Shown: positions 1 to 15,822, counted from the stretch's first letter. The stretch is 64,000 nucleotides of DNA from Octopus vulgaris (GCA_951406725.2 OX597827.1:57350001-57414000); one strand, 5' to 3'. A program made the numbers and translations. The notes: generated by a model not told the origin, from the letters alone.

Positions 1-62
1 ACCAGGTGTTTTTTTTTATTGGTCCCTTTTTTCTTTCTTTTTTTTTGTTTTGCATTTTTCAG

Positions 63-73
63 AGAACGATAAG
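63..73 (+). CDS. Candidate 11-nt microexon of the unidentified host gene
   Basis: Long polypyrimidine tract ending ttttgcatttttcAG, then AGAACGATAAG, then gtaaat. Open as (x)-N-D-K or R-T-I; not frame-symmetric. Confidence 0.35.
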
Positions 74-99
74 GTAAATAATACCAGTAATATGATTTG

Positions 100-439
100 T
101 GAAGGCGCATGGCTCAGTGGTTAGAGCGTCGAGCTTACGATCGTGAGGTTGTGAGCTCGAATCCCGGACCGGGTTGCGTGTTGTGTTCTTGAGCAAGGTA
201 CTTTATTTCATGTTGCTCCTGTTCACTCAGCTGTAGAAATGAGTTGCGACGTCACTGGTGCCAAGCTATATCGACCTTTGTCTTTCCCTTGGATAACACT
301 GGTGGCGTGAAGAGAGGAGGCTGGTATGCATGGGCGACTGCTGGTCTTCCATAAACAACCTCGCCCGGACTTGTGTCTAGGAGGGTAACTTTCTAAGTAC
401 AATCCCATGGTCTGTGTCGTGACCGAAGGGGGTCTCTGA
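100..439 (+). mobile_element. tRNA-headed SINE, family A (CORE-like body), full length with TSD
   Basis: A box TGGCTCAGTGG, B-box-like GCTCGAATCC, CORE-like ttgagcaag...tcactcagctgtagaaatgag, flanked by repeated taatatgatttg. Related copies at ~13735-14050(-), 21808-21985(-), 37718-38055(+); related heads at 29385(+), 41155-41445(-), 54290-54515(-). Confidence 0.85.
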
Positions 440-644
440 TAATATGATTTGGTTATCATACTCTTGAGTCAAACATACAACCAGAATCCACCCCGTGGCA
501 ATGTTTCGATGAGTTTTTTTTCCCTCACATCTCTTCATGTAAACTTGCTAATACTTCATATTTCTGCATGTCTTTGCTTATCTCCCTTATTTTACTTCTT
601 TTAATCATTAGACCGCGGCCATGCTAGAGCACTTCTCTGAAAGC

Positions 645-1065
645 TTTAGTGGACGGCTAGGCCTGCTTTGCTTCGTGTCACAAAACCACAACGATAGGTA
701 AGGTTTCCATTTCGAGGAGCAGTGTTTTGCCTGCGTGCCTTCATGCTTACACGAAGTTGGTCCCGGTGGTGGAGTCGATTTTGCTCAAATTTTTGAATCG
801 AGAAGCAGGACTAGCGATAGGTCCTGCGTTCTGATGCATTGTTTTCCCAAGAAGAGAAGGAATGTTGCATCGTTTCAGATTGACTTTTAGTTTGTCTTTG
901 AAGCGCAAGAGTGGCCTTCCAACTGATCTTCCTGTTGGGAATTGGCCAAAGAGAAGTTTCTTCGTAATTCTGATATCACGCGACAGATGACCTGATCATC
1001 TAAACTGCATTTTGATGAGGATGGCTTCAATGCCTGATATGTTGCCGCTCTGATAATGGACAGAG
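645..1065 (-). mobile_element. Degenerate RTE-clade LINE, 3' ORF fragment
   Basis: Minus translation GIEAILIKMQFR*SGHLSRDIRITKKLLFGQFPTGRSVGRPLLRFKDKLK...CGFVTRSKAGLAVH fits the RTE C-terminal W-x-GH...GRP..R.KD pattern plus terminal Zn-finger remnant; contains stops. Confidence 0.75.
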
Positions 1066-1172
1066 TCAACGACTACTGAAGAGACTGCAAAAAGCAACGA
1101 AAAGTTTAGAACTGAACCCGGAACCATGTGTTTGGGAAACAAGCTTCTTACTACACAGCCACTTCTGCGACA

Positions 1173-1237
<65 letters not shown>

Positions 1238-1586
1238 TGTTGTTTGGGCATGTAGATGTGAAGGCACGTAGTTTTGAGTTAAAGGCGTTGCACTCTTGAT
1301 CGTAAAATTGTGCTTGCAGTTCCTGGACCGGGCAATTCGTTTTGGCCTTCATTTCACATTGCTCCAGCCCAGTCGGCTGAAAAACACATGAGTACTTCTA
1401 CTACCGACCGGCATCCCATCCAGCAAGGGATTTTATACACCACAGAATCCGGGAAACCGACCATATGAACCTATATCTCAGAAAGGACCTTTGATATTTC
1501 TTTGATATCTTGGTACATATATTTATCTTTTAGATACATAAATATATTCATATGTTCATCTTTAACGTACATATATTCTTCTGTAT

Positions 1587-1726
1587 AGGCACAGGCGTGG
1601 CTGTGTGGTAAGAAGCTTGCTTCCCAAATACCATGGTTTCGGGTTCAGTCCCACTGCGTGACACCTGGAGCAGCTGTCTGCTAGTATAGCCTTGTGAGTG
1701 GAACTGAAGAAAGCCCGTCATGCATA

Positions 1727-1785
<59 letters not shown>

Positions 1786-2070
1786 ATGTGTGTGTGCGTG
1801 TGTGTCTGTGTGTGTGTAAGTGTGTGTGTGTGTGTGCATGTGTGTGTGTGTGTGTGTGTGTCTTTGTATCTATGCTTGTCCACCCACCACCGTTTGACAA
1901 ACGGTGTTGATGTGTTTACGTCCCCAATCTAGCAGTTCGGCAAAACAGAACGATGGAATAAATACCAGGCTTTTAAAAAATAAGTACAGAGATGGATTCA
2001 TTCGGTTACAAGTCCTTCCAGGTCGTGCCCCAGCATGGCCGCAGTCTAATGACCGAAACAAGTAAAAGAT
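1587..2070 (+). mobile_element. SINE family B (tRNA-like head, internal (TG)n/(TA)n microsatellite)
   Basis: Head ggc.caggagtggctgtgtggtaag...gggttcagtcccactgcgtggcacc. Other copies: 10030-10460(-), 14787-15270(+), 20740-21090(+), 35360-35750(-), 43349-43745(+), 47520-49490(-, split), 55780-56180(+), 57262-57660(+), and many partials. Confidence 0.85.
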
Positions 2071-2499
2071 AAAAAAATAAAAGATATGTGTGTAAGTGTG
2101 CGTGTGTTTGTGAATGCGTGTGACTATGTGTTTCTATGTACATCAGTTGTATCTTCCGTTCGTTTGCTCTTGCCAAAAGTTGTGTGACTTAATCACTCAT
2201 TTGGAGTTGTTTGGAAATATGTAATTCTATGTACGTTATGTCGTCTCACAGATCCTGTATTGACTTAACATGAAGAAATAAACCGTGTAATATATTTTTC
2301 TGAATTACATTATCACCGATTCATTTTATCACACAAGATAAATGGAAGGACAGAGAAGAAGAAGAAGAAGAAGAAGAAGAAGAAGAAGAAGAAGAGAAAA
2401 AAAGGGGGGGCGGAATTTATTCTGTCTGTAAAAATTAGATTTAATTTTAAGTGATTAATTCGTCATCACAATGAATTAACATATACACACAAATACATT

Positions 2500-4050
<1,551 letters not shown>

Positions 4051-4560
4051 CGTAAACATCTACAACTTAAGACACCCCAAGGTGTATCATTAATCCTTTA
4101 TCGATGAACTTAGGATCCATCCTGATTGCTAGGAAGCTGTACGATTTAATAACAACTTATTCTCCTGATGTGGGAATGGAAGCTGGCCAAAAGAAATGTT
4201 CATACTAATTAGTTGAAACTATTAATGGGTGATATACATAAGGCTTTTAAATAGTTAAGTAGTTCTAAGCCGAAAGCATTCACATCCAGAAGCTCTTCAT
4301 TTTCATTGAGATTCCCGAAAGAAGAAAAAAATCAGAGCTCTGAATACTTACGTATTGCTAAAGATGTTGATGTTAAATCCCAAGTTAGCCCTGATAAATG
4401 GTGACCTATGTTCAAAGACATTCCAGCTATGACCACCTCGTATTCTCAGTGTCGCAATCGACAGTTAAGCGATCCAGGAAAATCATTGAAATGCTGCATG
4501 ATAGTAATAAGCAATCAGCATGCTCTCGATTGCATACATGCTACTGGCCTTTGCTATGAA

Positions 4561-4790
4561 GACGGCGAGCTGGCAGAACCGTTAGCACGCCGGGCGAAAT
4601 GCGTAGCCGTAATTCGTCTGCCGTTACGTTCTGAGTTCATATTCCGCCCAGGTCGACTTTGCCTTTCATCCTTTCGGGGTCGATTAAATAAGTACCAGTT
4701 ACGCATTGAAGTCGATATAATCGACTTAATCTGTTTATCTGTCCTTGATTGTCCCCTCTACGTTTAGCCCCTTGTGGGTAATAAAGAAAT
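4561..4790 (+). mobile_element. SINE family C (~230 bp)
   Basis: ggcggcgagctggcagaa.cgttagcacgccgggcgaaatgc...gagttcaaattccgccgaggtcgactttgcc. Copies: 11120-11478(-), 19206-19437(+), 21209-21400(+), 25693-25905(+), 29939-30418(+, dimer), 49511-49740(+), 50713-50945(+), 51228-51459(+), 56886-57101(+), 59255-59650(-), 59926-60130(+). Confidence 0.85.
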
Positions 4791-6121
4791 ATATGACTTC
4801 GTGACGTATCTGCATACGCTACTCCTTCTACATTCATTTTACATCTCCGCTAAACTGCTGTAATCTAACTTCAGATAACTTCATGTAGTATTAACGATCT
4901 TGGTTGTTAGTACCACACTTCAAACTATACTGTCGCATCACACATAGTTCGATTAATACGGATGAAATATTATGAGTTTATACAATATTATTTAATAATT
5001 TTCAAACGGAAACTCAATTATAACAGTCTGTAGAATGCTAAGTGAGACAAAACAAAGAGTTAGAGGTTCAAATTCCGCCTAGGAATCTTATATACATGAC
5101 CAAAGCCTTCAACTTTTGAAAGACCATATCAATCGAGCAGTGAGTAGTTGACCAACTTCACCTTCAATGAATAATTCACAGCTGTATTCAACAGTGACTC
5201 TAAGGGTTTGATCAGCATTGGCTAGCAACACCATGTTTAATGTTTACCTCCTGTTGGTATAAAATCCTTTCTAGAATAACAAATAATCGATGCATGAATA
5301 GCGCCCCATATCTGTAAAACATGACAGTGGCTTTATGAATCTAATGGTAAGAGACTATATGCTTTGAGCCGTATGTATCTCAAAGGTATTTCGTTGATGA
5401 ATAAGTGAAATTACTGTGTTCATTTATGTTAATTTTTAACATAAGCATAAGGTCGTACTTTTTGTGGCGGAAAGATCGACTTACCTTGGAACGAGACTAA
5501 TACTGATTTTATTGTTTTCATAATGATAAAAGCAAAGTCAACATCGGCAGGATTCGTACAACATTTGGTTTGGTGCCCTTCAGATTTAACCAATTCACCG
5601 TATTTTCATATTTTACTTCACATTTCTATGTGTGACATACATCACATCATGAATGTATACCCGTGTTGTCGTAGTTAATTAAGGAAAAAACTTCTGTGGA
5701 ATATTTGAATAAAACGACTGTTGCATCGATTGTAAAGAGAAAACGACGAAGCATCTCAATAGCAACTCAACCAACAATAAATATCAAGCAAATTTTCTTC
5801 AAATCTCACCCTAACATGAAAGCCAAATTGGATCCTCTAGATATATATTACGAAAATGACATGGAATTTTCATTATTGAAATGCATGCATTTGGTCGTAC
5901 GTAGATCTTCCTTGATCAGATCAGATCAGGAGCTATACAATATCAACATTAGAAAGAAATTACATTATTGGGAAACAAGCTGAGACTCGGTCAACCCTGA
6001 CTTATTCAACTGGGCGAGGTTGTCCGATGTTGAAAGATTTGAAGCCCCCCAGAAACATTGCTGACGATGAATCACATATGTATACATACATATATGTGCA
6101 TAGATATATACATATACATAC

Positions 6122-6161
<40 letters not shown>

Positions 6162-6218
6162 CATATATATATATATACATACATATATACATACATATAT
6201 ATATATATACATACATAT

Positions 6219-6261
<43 letters not shown>

Positions 6262-6285
6262 TAAACATATATATATACATATATA

Positions 6286-6345
<60 letters not shown>

Positions 6346-6349
<4 letters not shown>

Positions 6350-7230
6350 GTTGATCGGGAAGTTCTGAGCGATTTTTAATATGTAAAAAAGGATATAAAT
6401 AATTAACCTTTCAATAAATTTTATTCAATGAAATAATTTCCATTATTATTAATGACTTTGCCTCTCTATCAACCTATTTAAATATTTCATCAGCATAAAA
6501 TTTAACTGGTTTTGAAGTAAATAAGTTATATTGATACATTTTGAATCGATCTAAAATCGTTAAATGCTTCGTCTTGCAAACTCCAAGATCTTTTACGCAC
6601 TATGTTTTCGTATAGAATCCATTTTCCATATCCAATCACAAGTTGTTTCAAAAAAGGCATGCTTTCATTCCGTTTCAAAAACGTATTACAAGCGGAATAC
6701 CGATCCAAGCAATTCTTTTCTGGTAGTTTGTGAGGGAACCATACATTATAGCGAGAAATGTATCCTAGCTTCTCTACGTATTCGTGAGCCGTGCTTTTAG
6801 AAACTTCCAACTCCTCTGCAAGTTCTTTAGTTGTGGTATTTGAGTATTCTTCGATGTTTGTTTTCCAAAATATCTTAATCCGATTTTGAAGGTCTTCCAC
6901 TGCGGCTATCATCTTCCAAGTTAAAATCTCCAGTTTTAAATTTCGTAAACCACCTTCGAACTGTTGATTCACAAACAGCAAACGTTTTTGCAAGTCTTTG
7001 CAGCATTTTCTCCTTTTAAAAAAAAGAAAAACATTACAACACCAATATGAAATTTTTGGTTATCTATTTCAAATGTCAATAAAGAGTTACCGGAATGAAA
7101 GATAAATCTATTTTTAGTCAGGAACAAAGAAGAGATGCACTAACACTTCAAGCAACGCTAAAGTTTTAACAGTGTTACGTTTCAGGTGTGTTCAATGAAG
7201 CGTTAACAGATTTAGCTTAAAAACGCTCAG

Positions 7231-7231
<1 letters not shown>
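6346..7231 (-). mobile_element. Degenerate, internally deleted mariner transposon
   Basis: ORF 6526-6993 has TTKELAEELEVSKSTAHEY..KLGYISRYNVWFPHKL (WVPHEL-like) and VIGYGKWILYEN (TGDEKW-like). TIR-like ttaggttgatcgggaagttctgagcgattttt at left, partial aaaaacgctcag at right; (TA)n on both sides. Confidence 0.8.
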
Positions 7232-7262
<31 letters not shown>

Positions 7263-7998
7263 GACAGGCTTCTTTCAGTTTCCGTTAATCAAATCCACTT
7301 ACATGGCTTTGATGGGCCCAGGTCTGTAGCAGAAGAGATTTCCCCAAGGTACCACGCAGTAGGACTGAAGCCGGAACCATTGCTTTAATACCAATTTCTT
7401 TTTTTAACACACAGCTATTTCTCCAAGGTGGATGATTTATATTCTTTTCTACTCTAGGCACAAAGCCCGAAATTTTGGGGGAGGGTGACAGTCGATTAGA
7501 TCGAACCAGTACGCAACTGGTACTTAATTTATTGACCCCAAAAAGATCAAAAGCGAAGTCGACCTCGGCGGAATTTGAACTCAGAACGTAAAAACAGGCG
7601 AAATACCGCTAAGATATAACACATCTACCTACCTGCCGATCCATCTCTATAACAACATACAGAACAGCTCACATTGAAGCTTACGTACCATGGTGGTTAA
7701 GCTGTTCGTTGCGCGATTGTAGATTCAATTTCCAAACTGTGCCGCGCGGACAAAGCACTTTTCCAGTCCACTCGGCTGAAAAAATAAACAAATAAATTAA
7801 TAAACAAAATGAGTTGCATCTTTTGTAGAAAGAGGTCTTGATGATTACAGAATATCAGATAGTAAAGAAACGGTTCTGATTTTGTTTTGTCTATATTTTT
7901 CGACAGTTTATTTTAAATGCTTAAAACTCCATCAAACTACAAACCTTTTTGTTTTTAATTTGTTTTTTAATATGTATTGTCTGTATTTGTTTTCTCAG

Positions 7999-8118
7999 AT
8001 AACCTTGTTTTGACAAACGGATATGTAACTGATTCGGACCATTTATCGCCCAACGCAGCGCTGTTGGCAAAGGCACTGTGCACCAAAGATGGAGAAATTG
8101 ATGTCAAATGTTACAGAG
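7999..8118 (+). CDS. Coding exon A (120 nt, phase 1-1) of unidentified gene; paralogous to exon B
   Basis: tttgttttctcAG|...AGAG|gtaaaa. Reads (D)NLVLTNGYVTDSDHLSPNAALLAKALCTKDGEIDVKCYR; 29 of 39 aligned residues identical to exon B, with many synonymous differences. Confidence 0.85.
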
Positions 8119-9581
8119 GTAAAACGTTTTGATCTTATTTTCATTTATTTCTAATTTAATACTCGTATTATTCCATTGTTTGGCAGAATCGTTTGGGCAT
8201 CGTTCAAAATGTCTTGCTTTATTTTTTTTTCCGCTTCTTGGTTTTTTAAAAAATTCGAATCCCGCTAAGGTAAATTTTGCCTGTCGTCTTTCTGAGTTCG
8301 ATAAAATAAAGGTCCCGCAGGTAACGATTTAATCATCTATACCCTTTCAAATTTCCAGCCTTATAGAAACATTCTATGATAGAAACATTCTATTATCCTT
8401 CCCTCACATTTTTGTAGTGATTAATTAAAGTCTCCAAACTATGCAGTCAAATAGAAATTCCAATTTGATGTCTAAGCAACATCAGGTATACATTTTCCCT
8501 TGGACTTGTGTTTAAATACCTGACTGGATTCGAACAAGGAACTTTTGTATTTCTGTACAAAGGATAATAATGTCCTAATGCGCTTTGTACAAGAGTCACA
8601 GACTTAATTATGACTCTTTGTTTGGAAATGAATGTTTCTAGTTCTCATTCATTCTGGTATTCTATAATAACCAAGAATAAATCATCTGTTGGTGATCGAA
8701 GACCAAAGTGATTGAAAAATAATATAACTCATGATTATTGGGAATGGAAGATGAAGCAACCTGACATTTCGACACTAACACTTCGTCTGAGAGAGAAATG
8801 AAAACTTTTCAGCAGTTGGAAAGCTCAGTCTTGGAACATTAGGTTCCATTCACCCATAGCACACTGATTTATTCAAACCCGTGAACATCATTAGTTAATT
8901 TTCGCCAACACAAACTGGCACCAGTTTTCCTAGGCTTAAGTGAAAAGTATTGTAGATCTGTGAAGGCGCGCGGCTAGTGGTCATTAGTCAGTAGGTTCGA
9001 TTAGTGCACTTCACGTCACGTTGCTCCGATACATTCAGCTAAGGATGACAAACAGTGACTCCAGGGATTATCCTTGTGACGGACAGGCTTTCCGTTCAGC
9101 GGGTGGAAGTCTTCTACTCTTGACTTAAACACCATGAAAATCCAATTAAGTTCCGATCTCATAAGACTGTAGGTCCGACAGGAATAAAAAGGAGAAAAGA
9201 GGGTATACGTATAGATATTTTAAAGCTTCTAAAATTTAAAAGATGAGGTTAATAATCCAATAAATTATAACTTCATGGCTTTGCAAGAATCGTTAGAGTA
9301 TCGGACCAAATACTTTGCGATATTTACATAGGGCCTTTCTCATTTTGAGTTCAAATTACACCGAATTCAGCATTTCAACATTGTCTTTCCTTCTTCCGAG
9401 GTAGATTAAATAAAGTATAACGGAGATACTGTTGTTGATTTAATCGACTAACCAATTCCTACCAAAATTTTGTGACTCTGTATAAAGTTAAGAAATTATT
9501 AAATTCAACTCATCTCAGGCATTTAGACATTTCATTTAGAGGATTCCTTATATATATAATGTCTATATAGGTCACAAAATT

Positions 9582-9866
9582 GTTTGTTCCTTCTCGAGCC
9601 ATGCCTGGCTCATAGGGTCGGTTTCCCGGTGTCCTTGGCGTATAGGTTCCCCACCTGGACGGGACGCCGGTCCGTCGCAGGTGAGCTGCAGGAGGAAAGA
9701 GTGAGAGAAAGTTGTGGCGAAAGAGTCAGCAGAAGTTCGCCATTACCTTCTACCGGAGCTCAGGTGTTTCGCTCATAAACACACACATCGCCCAGTCTGA
9801 CATTCGAACCAGCGATCCCTCGACCACAAGGTCCGCTGTTCTAACCACGAAGCTATGTACCTCCAC
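9582..9866 (-). mobile_element. SINE family D variant with TSD gtcacaaaatt
   Basis: Reverse-complement homolog of 62044-62335; tRNA-like head at the right end; gtcacaaaatt on both sides. Confidence 0.75.
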
Positions 9867-10248
9867 GTCACAAAATTACGGTACAAATAATTTGAATCTA
9901 TATTAATAATAATCAGCTAATTCTTTGCACGAGCCGCACGTTTTGATGTGAGAGTAAAATAGATTAAATCGAGCTCCTCTGCTTTATTGGGTCAAAACGC
10001 GGAAGATAAAGTCGAATAAGAGTGATGCTCTTTTACTCTCTTTTACTTCTTTCAGTCATTTGACTGTGGCCATGCTGGAGCACCACCTTTAGTCGAGCAA
10101 ATCGACCTCAGGACTTATTCTTTGCAGAATTTATTCTATCGATCTCTTTTGCCGAACCGTTAAGTTATGGGGACGTAAACACACCAGCATCGGTTGTCAG
10201 GCGATGTTGGGGGGACAAACACTGACACACAAACATACACACACACAC

Positions 10249-10291
<43 letters not shown>

Positions 10292-11478
10292 TACGGGGGG
10301 CTTCTTTCAGTTTCCGTCTTCCAAATCCACTCACAAGGCTTTGATCAGCCCGAGGCTATAGTAGAAGACACTTGCCCAAGATGCCACGCAGTGGGACTGA
10401 ACCCGGAACCATGTGGTTGGTAAGCAAGCTACTTACCACACAGCCACTCCTACGCCTATAGAATAAAGAGTTAATCTGAATCTCAGCTGATTTGCACTCA
10501 AAACGTAAAGAAGGCATAATAATGCATCACAAGGCGTTTTGTAAATGCTCTATAGATTTTGTTAATCCTGCGTCCTCTTGGTTATCAACTAAAAAGGAAA
10601 TAATTTTATTCGTTAGTATGGCTTGCAGCTAAAAACATACACACGAACTCACATGCATACATGCGTGTGTGTGTACATGTGCGTAGCTTAAAGTATTTGG
10701 ACTGTATTTAAAAATTCGAAAAAGAATGTATCTTTAAAGCAAGAATCTAGTAAAGTGCTCAATAAACTACGTTCAGAGTGGTATAACTTTATAACATTAT
10801 AACATTATAAATGTAGAATAATAATGATGCAGACTAATAATGATGATGATGATGATGATGATTAATAATAATGATGATGATGATGATGATAATAATAATA
10901 ATAATCTTTTGTACGTTGGGCACAAGGCCCGAAAGTTTTGGGAGTGGGGGCCAGTCGATTAAATCGATCCCCAGTTCGCAACTGGTACTTATTTAATCGA
11001 CCCCGAAAGGATGAAAGGCAAAGTCAACCTCGGCGGAAATAATGATAATAATAATGATGATGATGATGATGATGATAATAACAATGATAATAATAATGCC
11101 ACAAGGGCAGCTTGTAGGGAGGGGATAAAGTCGATTACATCGACCCCAGTGCGTAACTGGCACTTATTCAATCGACTCCGAAAGGATGAAAGGCAAAGTC
11201 GACCTCGGCGGAATTTGGACTCAGAGCGTAGCGATGGGTGAAACACCTATTTCTTTACTATCCACAAGGGGCTAAACACAGAGGGGACAAACAAGGACAG
11301 ACAAACGGATTAAGTCGATTACATCGACCCCAGTGCGTAACTGGTACTTAATTTATCGACCCCGAAAGGATGAAAGGCAAAGTCAACCTCGGCAGAATTT
11401 GAACTCAGAACATAACGGCAGACGAAATACGGCTACGCATTTCGCCCGGCGTGCTAACATTTCTGCCAGCCTGCCGCC

Positions 11479-11609
<131 letters not shown>

Positions 11610-11684
11610 TAAATTAAATAATGAGGGTAGAAATTGATGCGGCTTTGCATATTTAAAAAATCCGAAGATTAAAAATTGTGATAC

Positions 11685-11981
<297 letters not shown>

Positions 11982-12374
11982 GAGAAAGAAAGGCACACAG
12001 AGAGAGCGAGAGAGAGAGAGAGAGAAGACAGTGTCACAGGGTTGTCATTAAGCAAAGTGACAATTAAGACACAGATCAATTGAAAGCTAATGTTTAGAAA
12101 GAAAGAAGCATGTGTAAAATATATGTATCAAAGCATAAAATATACACTGAAGCACAATCCCATCTGTTTGATATTTATATATTCAAGTGCATGAACGTCA
12201 ACAGAAAGCAGAATACAGGAAGGTGTGCGTGAATATGTATATATCTGTGTCTGTATGGTTAACCGGCTTCCATAAACACATTACATCTCTGTTGATAAAT
12301 ATGTATTAGATTTTAGGATATATGCCTGGATTTTTTTTATTCCGTTAGTTTCTGACAACAACAACAACAACAAC

Positions 12375-12417
<43 letters not shown>

Positions 12418-12552
12418 TTATATCAAATTAAACTCAAATCATCGAGAGTTTAAACTATATATATATATATACATGCATATATACATATATATATATATAC
12501 ATATATACATGCATATATACATACATATATATATACATATATACATGCATAT

Positions 12553-12624
<72 letters not shown>

Positions 12625-13150
12625 CAAATTGAAATCGTTTGTCTCGTGGTTGGAGTTTCATGCCACTGTGATCTTCAGGAGTGAACTAAAACTCTTGTTC
12701 GAAGAGTAGTGTGAAACTAGTCATGACTGGAAGAAATTCACTTTAAACAAAAATATAACACGCCCTAGTGCGTGTATTTAAAATTTGTTTTCTCTTTCTT
12801 AACATCTGTGCATACGGAAAATGTATGTATGTATGTATGTATGTATGTATGTATGTATGTATGTATGTATGTATGCATGTATGCATGTATTCTGACTATC
12901 TAACTGCCTATTTGTCAATGCTGCGTATGCCATAACGTCTTCAGATCTAACGGAGGCTTTGAAAGATATTTTAAGATCCACAAAGATCAGAACTTAACTG
13001 CAGCTCTTGGAGATCCAAAGCAGATATGCAATTTATGTGGGTGTTTTTTTCAAAACAGTGTCTGATTTAAAAAGCCAAATCAGACGGCATGATACATTTA
13101 TGGTGTAAGTACAAGAGGTGGTCAAACTCTATATAAGGAGTAGACAACCA

Positions 13151-13198
<48 letters not shown>

Positions 13199-13231
13199 TA
13201 ATCAAAATAAAAACATGATGCCAAGGATTCA

Positions 13232-13307
13232 GCGGTACATATGTTTCGGGCCTTTATTAGATGGATTTATAACAATGCATAATGTGTCTATGGCCTTCTT
13301 CAGCCGC
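13232..13307 (-). ncRNA. Minimal type I hammerhead ribozyme in a putative PLE terminal-repeat fragment (~13195-13487)
   Basis: Minus strand GCGG-CTGAAGA-aGGCC...GGCCc-GAA-ACATATGT-A|CCGC: stem I GCGG/CCGC, intact core, palindromic stem III, GUA cleavage triplet. Fragment is bounded by (TA)n on both sides. Confidence 0.75.
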
Positions 13308-13483
13308 GCACAATTACTACCTCAAGGACATGTATTACATCAAAAATTCTACGTTGGGGATGCAAATCCTTTCATTCGCGTACGACATAATGCGGCAACG
13401 GCACAAAAATGAAGCGTCCACCTCGTCCTTCTCTCAATGTACTGCTTACAATTATCAAGTACTCGCCCTGAATTTCTGTACCC

Positions 13484-13563
<80 letters not shown>

Positions 13564-14169
13564 TTTTTAATTTACCATAGAGTCTCAAGGATCGAAAGTT
13601 TCGTGCATAGCACTTAGAGTGTCAGTCACTTTTGCAATTTTTTGTCATTTAAGAATCAAATATGTATACATAAACATACATTGGGTGTTATTTCAGCTGC
13701 TTATTCTTCTACATATATCAGGTAAATACATCCTTCTGACATGAGTGACCATAGGACTGCACCTAGGAAGCTTCTTCCCGAGGCACAAGTCCGGTCAAGG
13801 ATTTTTATGGAAGATCAACCGCCACCCATGCATGCCAGGCTCTCTTCTTCCCTCCACTGATATTATCTAAGGGAAAGGCAAAGGCTGATACAGCTTGGCA
13901 GCAGTGACATCACAACTCATTTCTGCAGCTGAGTGAACTGGAACAAAGTGAAATAAAGCGTCTTGCTCAAGAACATTATACACAGCCCGGTCCGGGAATC
14001 GAACTCAGTACCTCATGTTTGTGAGCCCGACACTAACCAGTGAACTAAAGCATATGCATACATATATACATGGATATGTGAATCTACATATATATAGGTA
14101 CATGTACATACATACAAACTCATACTAAGGCACGTTCAAATACATACATACTTATATGCATTACATACA

Positions 14170-14223
<54 letters not shown>

Positions 14224-14957
14224 CTGCTCTCTAAAACAATATTGAAGAGTTAACATAAGATTATAATGCTAATGTAGTGCGTCTTAATTGGCCTTTTAAT
14301 CATTCGCCGGTCTGTAAGGCTTTGGTGATATCTCACTTGGGTATTTAGATGGCATTCTAATGGCGATGCCAACAGAAGCCATTTAGAGATTAACCCAGGC
14401 TACGTCTGATCCGATAATGGGCGAATCCTCCGGTAATGGGCGAATCCGAAAATCGGCGGCAGGGTGAACTGCTACGGATTACACCATCCTAAAATGTGTA
14501 TTTGTGACCGGGGACCACATGTGAACTTGTATTTCTACTGAAACTCTGAACACGAACTCTACACCTCTACAACGAATGACGACTAACGGCTACGGCGTAC
14601 CCACTATCCAATGTGCATACTCTCTTTGTGATGCTTTGTCAAATGTGCAAGCTGGAGTGTTGGGGCCGCAATGAGGAGCATTGCTTTGCCTGCTGGAACG
14701 TTTGGGCCGACCGTCGGAATGGTCGGCATTCGTGTGGGAGGTAGTGAACTCGTTGGTCGGAGCCGTTGAATGCTGTCGCAAATATAGGCGCAGGAGTAGC
14801 TGTGTGGTAAGTAGCTTGTTTACCAACCACATGGTTCCGGGTTCAGTCCCACTGCGTAGTACCTTGGGCAAGTGCCTTCTACTATAGCCTCGGGTCGACC
14901 AAAGCCTTGTGAGTGAATTTGGTAGACGGAAACTGAAAGAAGCCCGTCGTATATATG

Positions 14958-14992
<35 letters not shown>

Positions 14993-15467
14993 TTGTGTGT
15001 CTGTGTTTGCCCCCGTAGCATTGCTTGACAACCGATGCTGGTGTGTTTATGTCCCCGTCACTTAGTTTTATGGGAGATCAACCGCCACCCATGCATGCCA
15101 GGCTCCCTTCTTCCCTCCACTGATATTATCTAAGGGAAAGGCAAAGGCTGATACAAAAAGAGACCGATGGAATAAGTACTGGGCTTACAAAGAATAAGTC
15201 CCGGGGTCGAGTTGATCGATTAAAGGCGGTGCTCCAGCATGGCCGCTGTCAAATGACTGAAACAAGTAAAAGATAAAAGAAGAAGATATGTAGAGAATGA
15301 TAGCTGACGAAAACGAAATAACTAGCGACCTTGTTATTTGTATTGTGAATAAAAACGCGCTTAGAGGAATATTCTTAAGACATAGCATGTAAGGTCAGAA
15401 GAACAGCCACTTACGTTCAAGGACATTCTGATGGTGATATGATTCGTGGATTTGGGTGATCGTGTAG

Positions 15468-15822
15468 GTGGCGATGACGATGAAGGCAACTACTGTGACA
15501 ACAACGACGGTGACGACGACGACAATAATGATGACGATGATGATGATGAGGAGGAAGAGGAGGAGGAGGAGAAGGAGGAGGAGGAGGAGGAGGAGGAGGG
15601 AGTTGACGGTTGAAAAGGAGATGGAGGAAAAAAGACGTGATGGAAGATTTCGATGGCGATAATGATGATGATGACGACGATGATATCGAGTGGAAGAAAA
15701 GAAAGATTTTTATGACGACGACGATGATGATGATGATAAGGCAGAGAACAAGGAGAAGGAGAAAGCGAAGGAAGGGGAGAGTTTTAATGATGATGATAAT
15801 GATGATGAAAAGGAAAAGGAGT
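15468..15822. repeat. Compound trinucleotide low-complexity tract (GAT/GAC/GAG)
   Basis: Visible repeats; the D/E-rich reading changes frame and has stops; lies ~120 nt upstream of exon B. Confidence 0.8.

Noticed and set aside
100-175. tRNA-like sequences at SINE heads (also 28923, 37718, 62044)
   Set aside because: They run into shared SINE bodies, have TSDs and lack a full cloverleaf acceptor stem; not tRNA genes.
5696-5983. 95-aa ORF with non-repetitive composition
   Set aside because: No recognisable motif or convincing splice sites; likely decayed TE sequence.
6055-6075. CTGACGA hammerhead half-core
   Set aside because: Cut off by microsatellite; no GAAA half.
12640-12685. Minus-strand CTGAAGA...GAAA hammerhead-like motif
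   Set aside because: Stem II is disrupted and no valid NUH site with stem I pairing was found.
15468-15822. Acidic D/E-rich ORF upstream of exon B
   Set aside because: Trinucleotide repeats with stops and frame changes; exon B has its own acceptor at 15943-15944.
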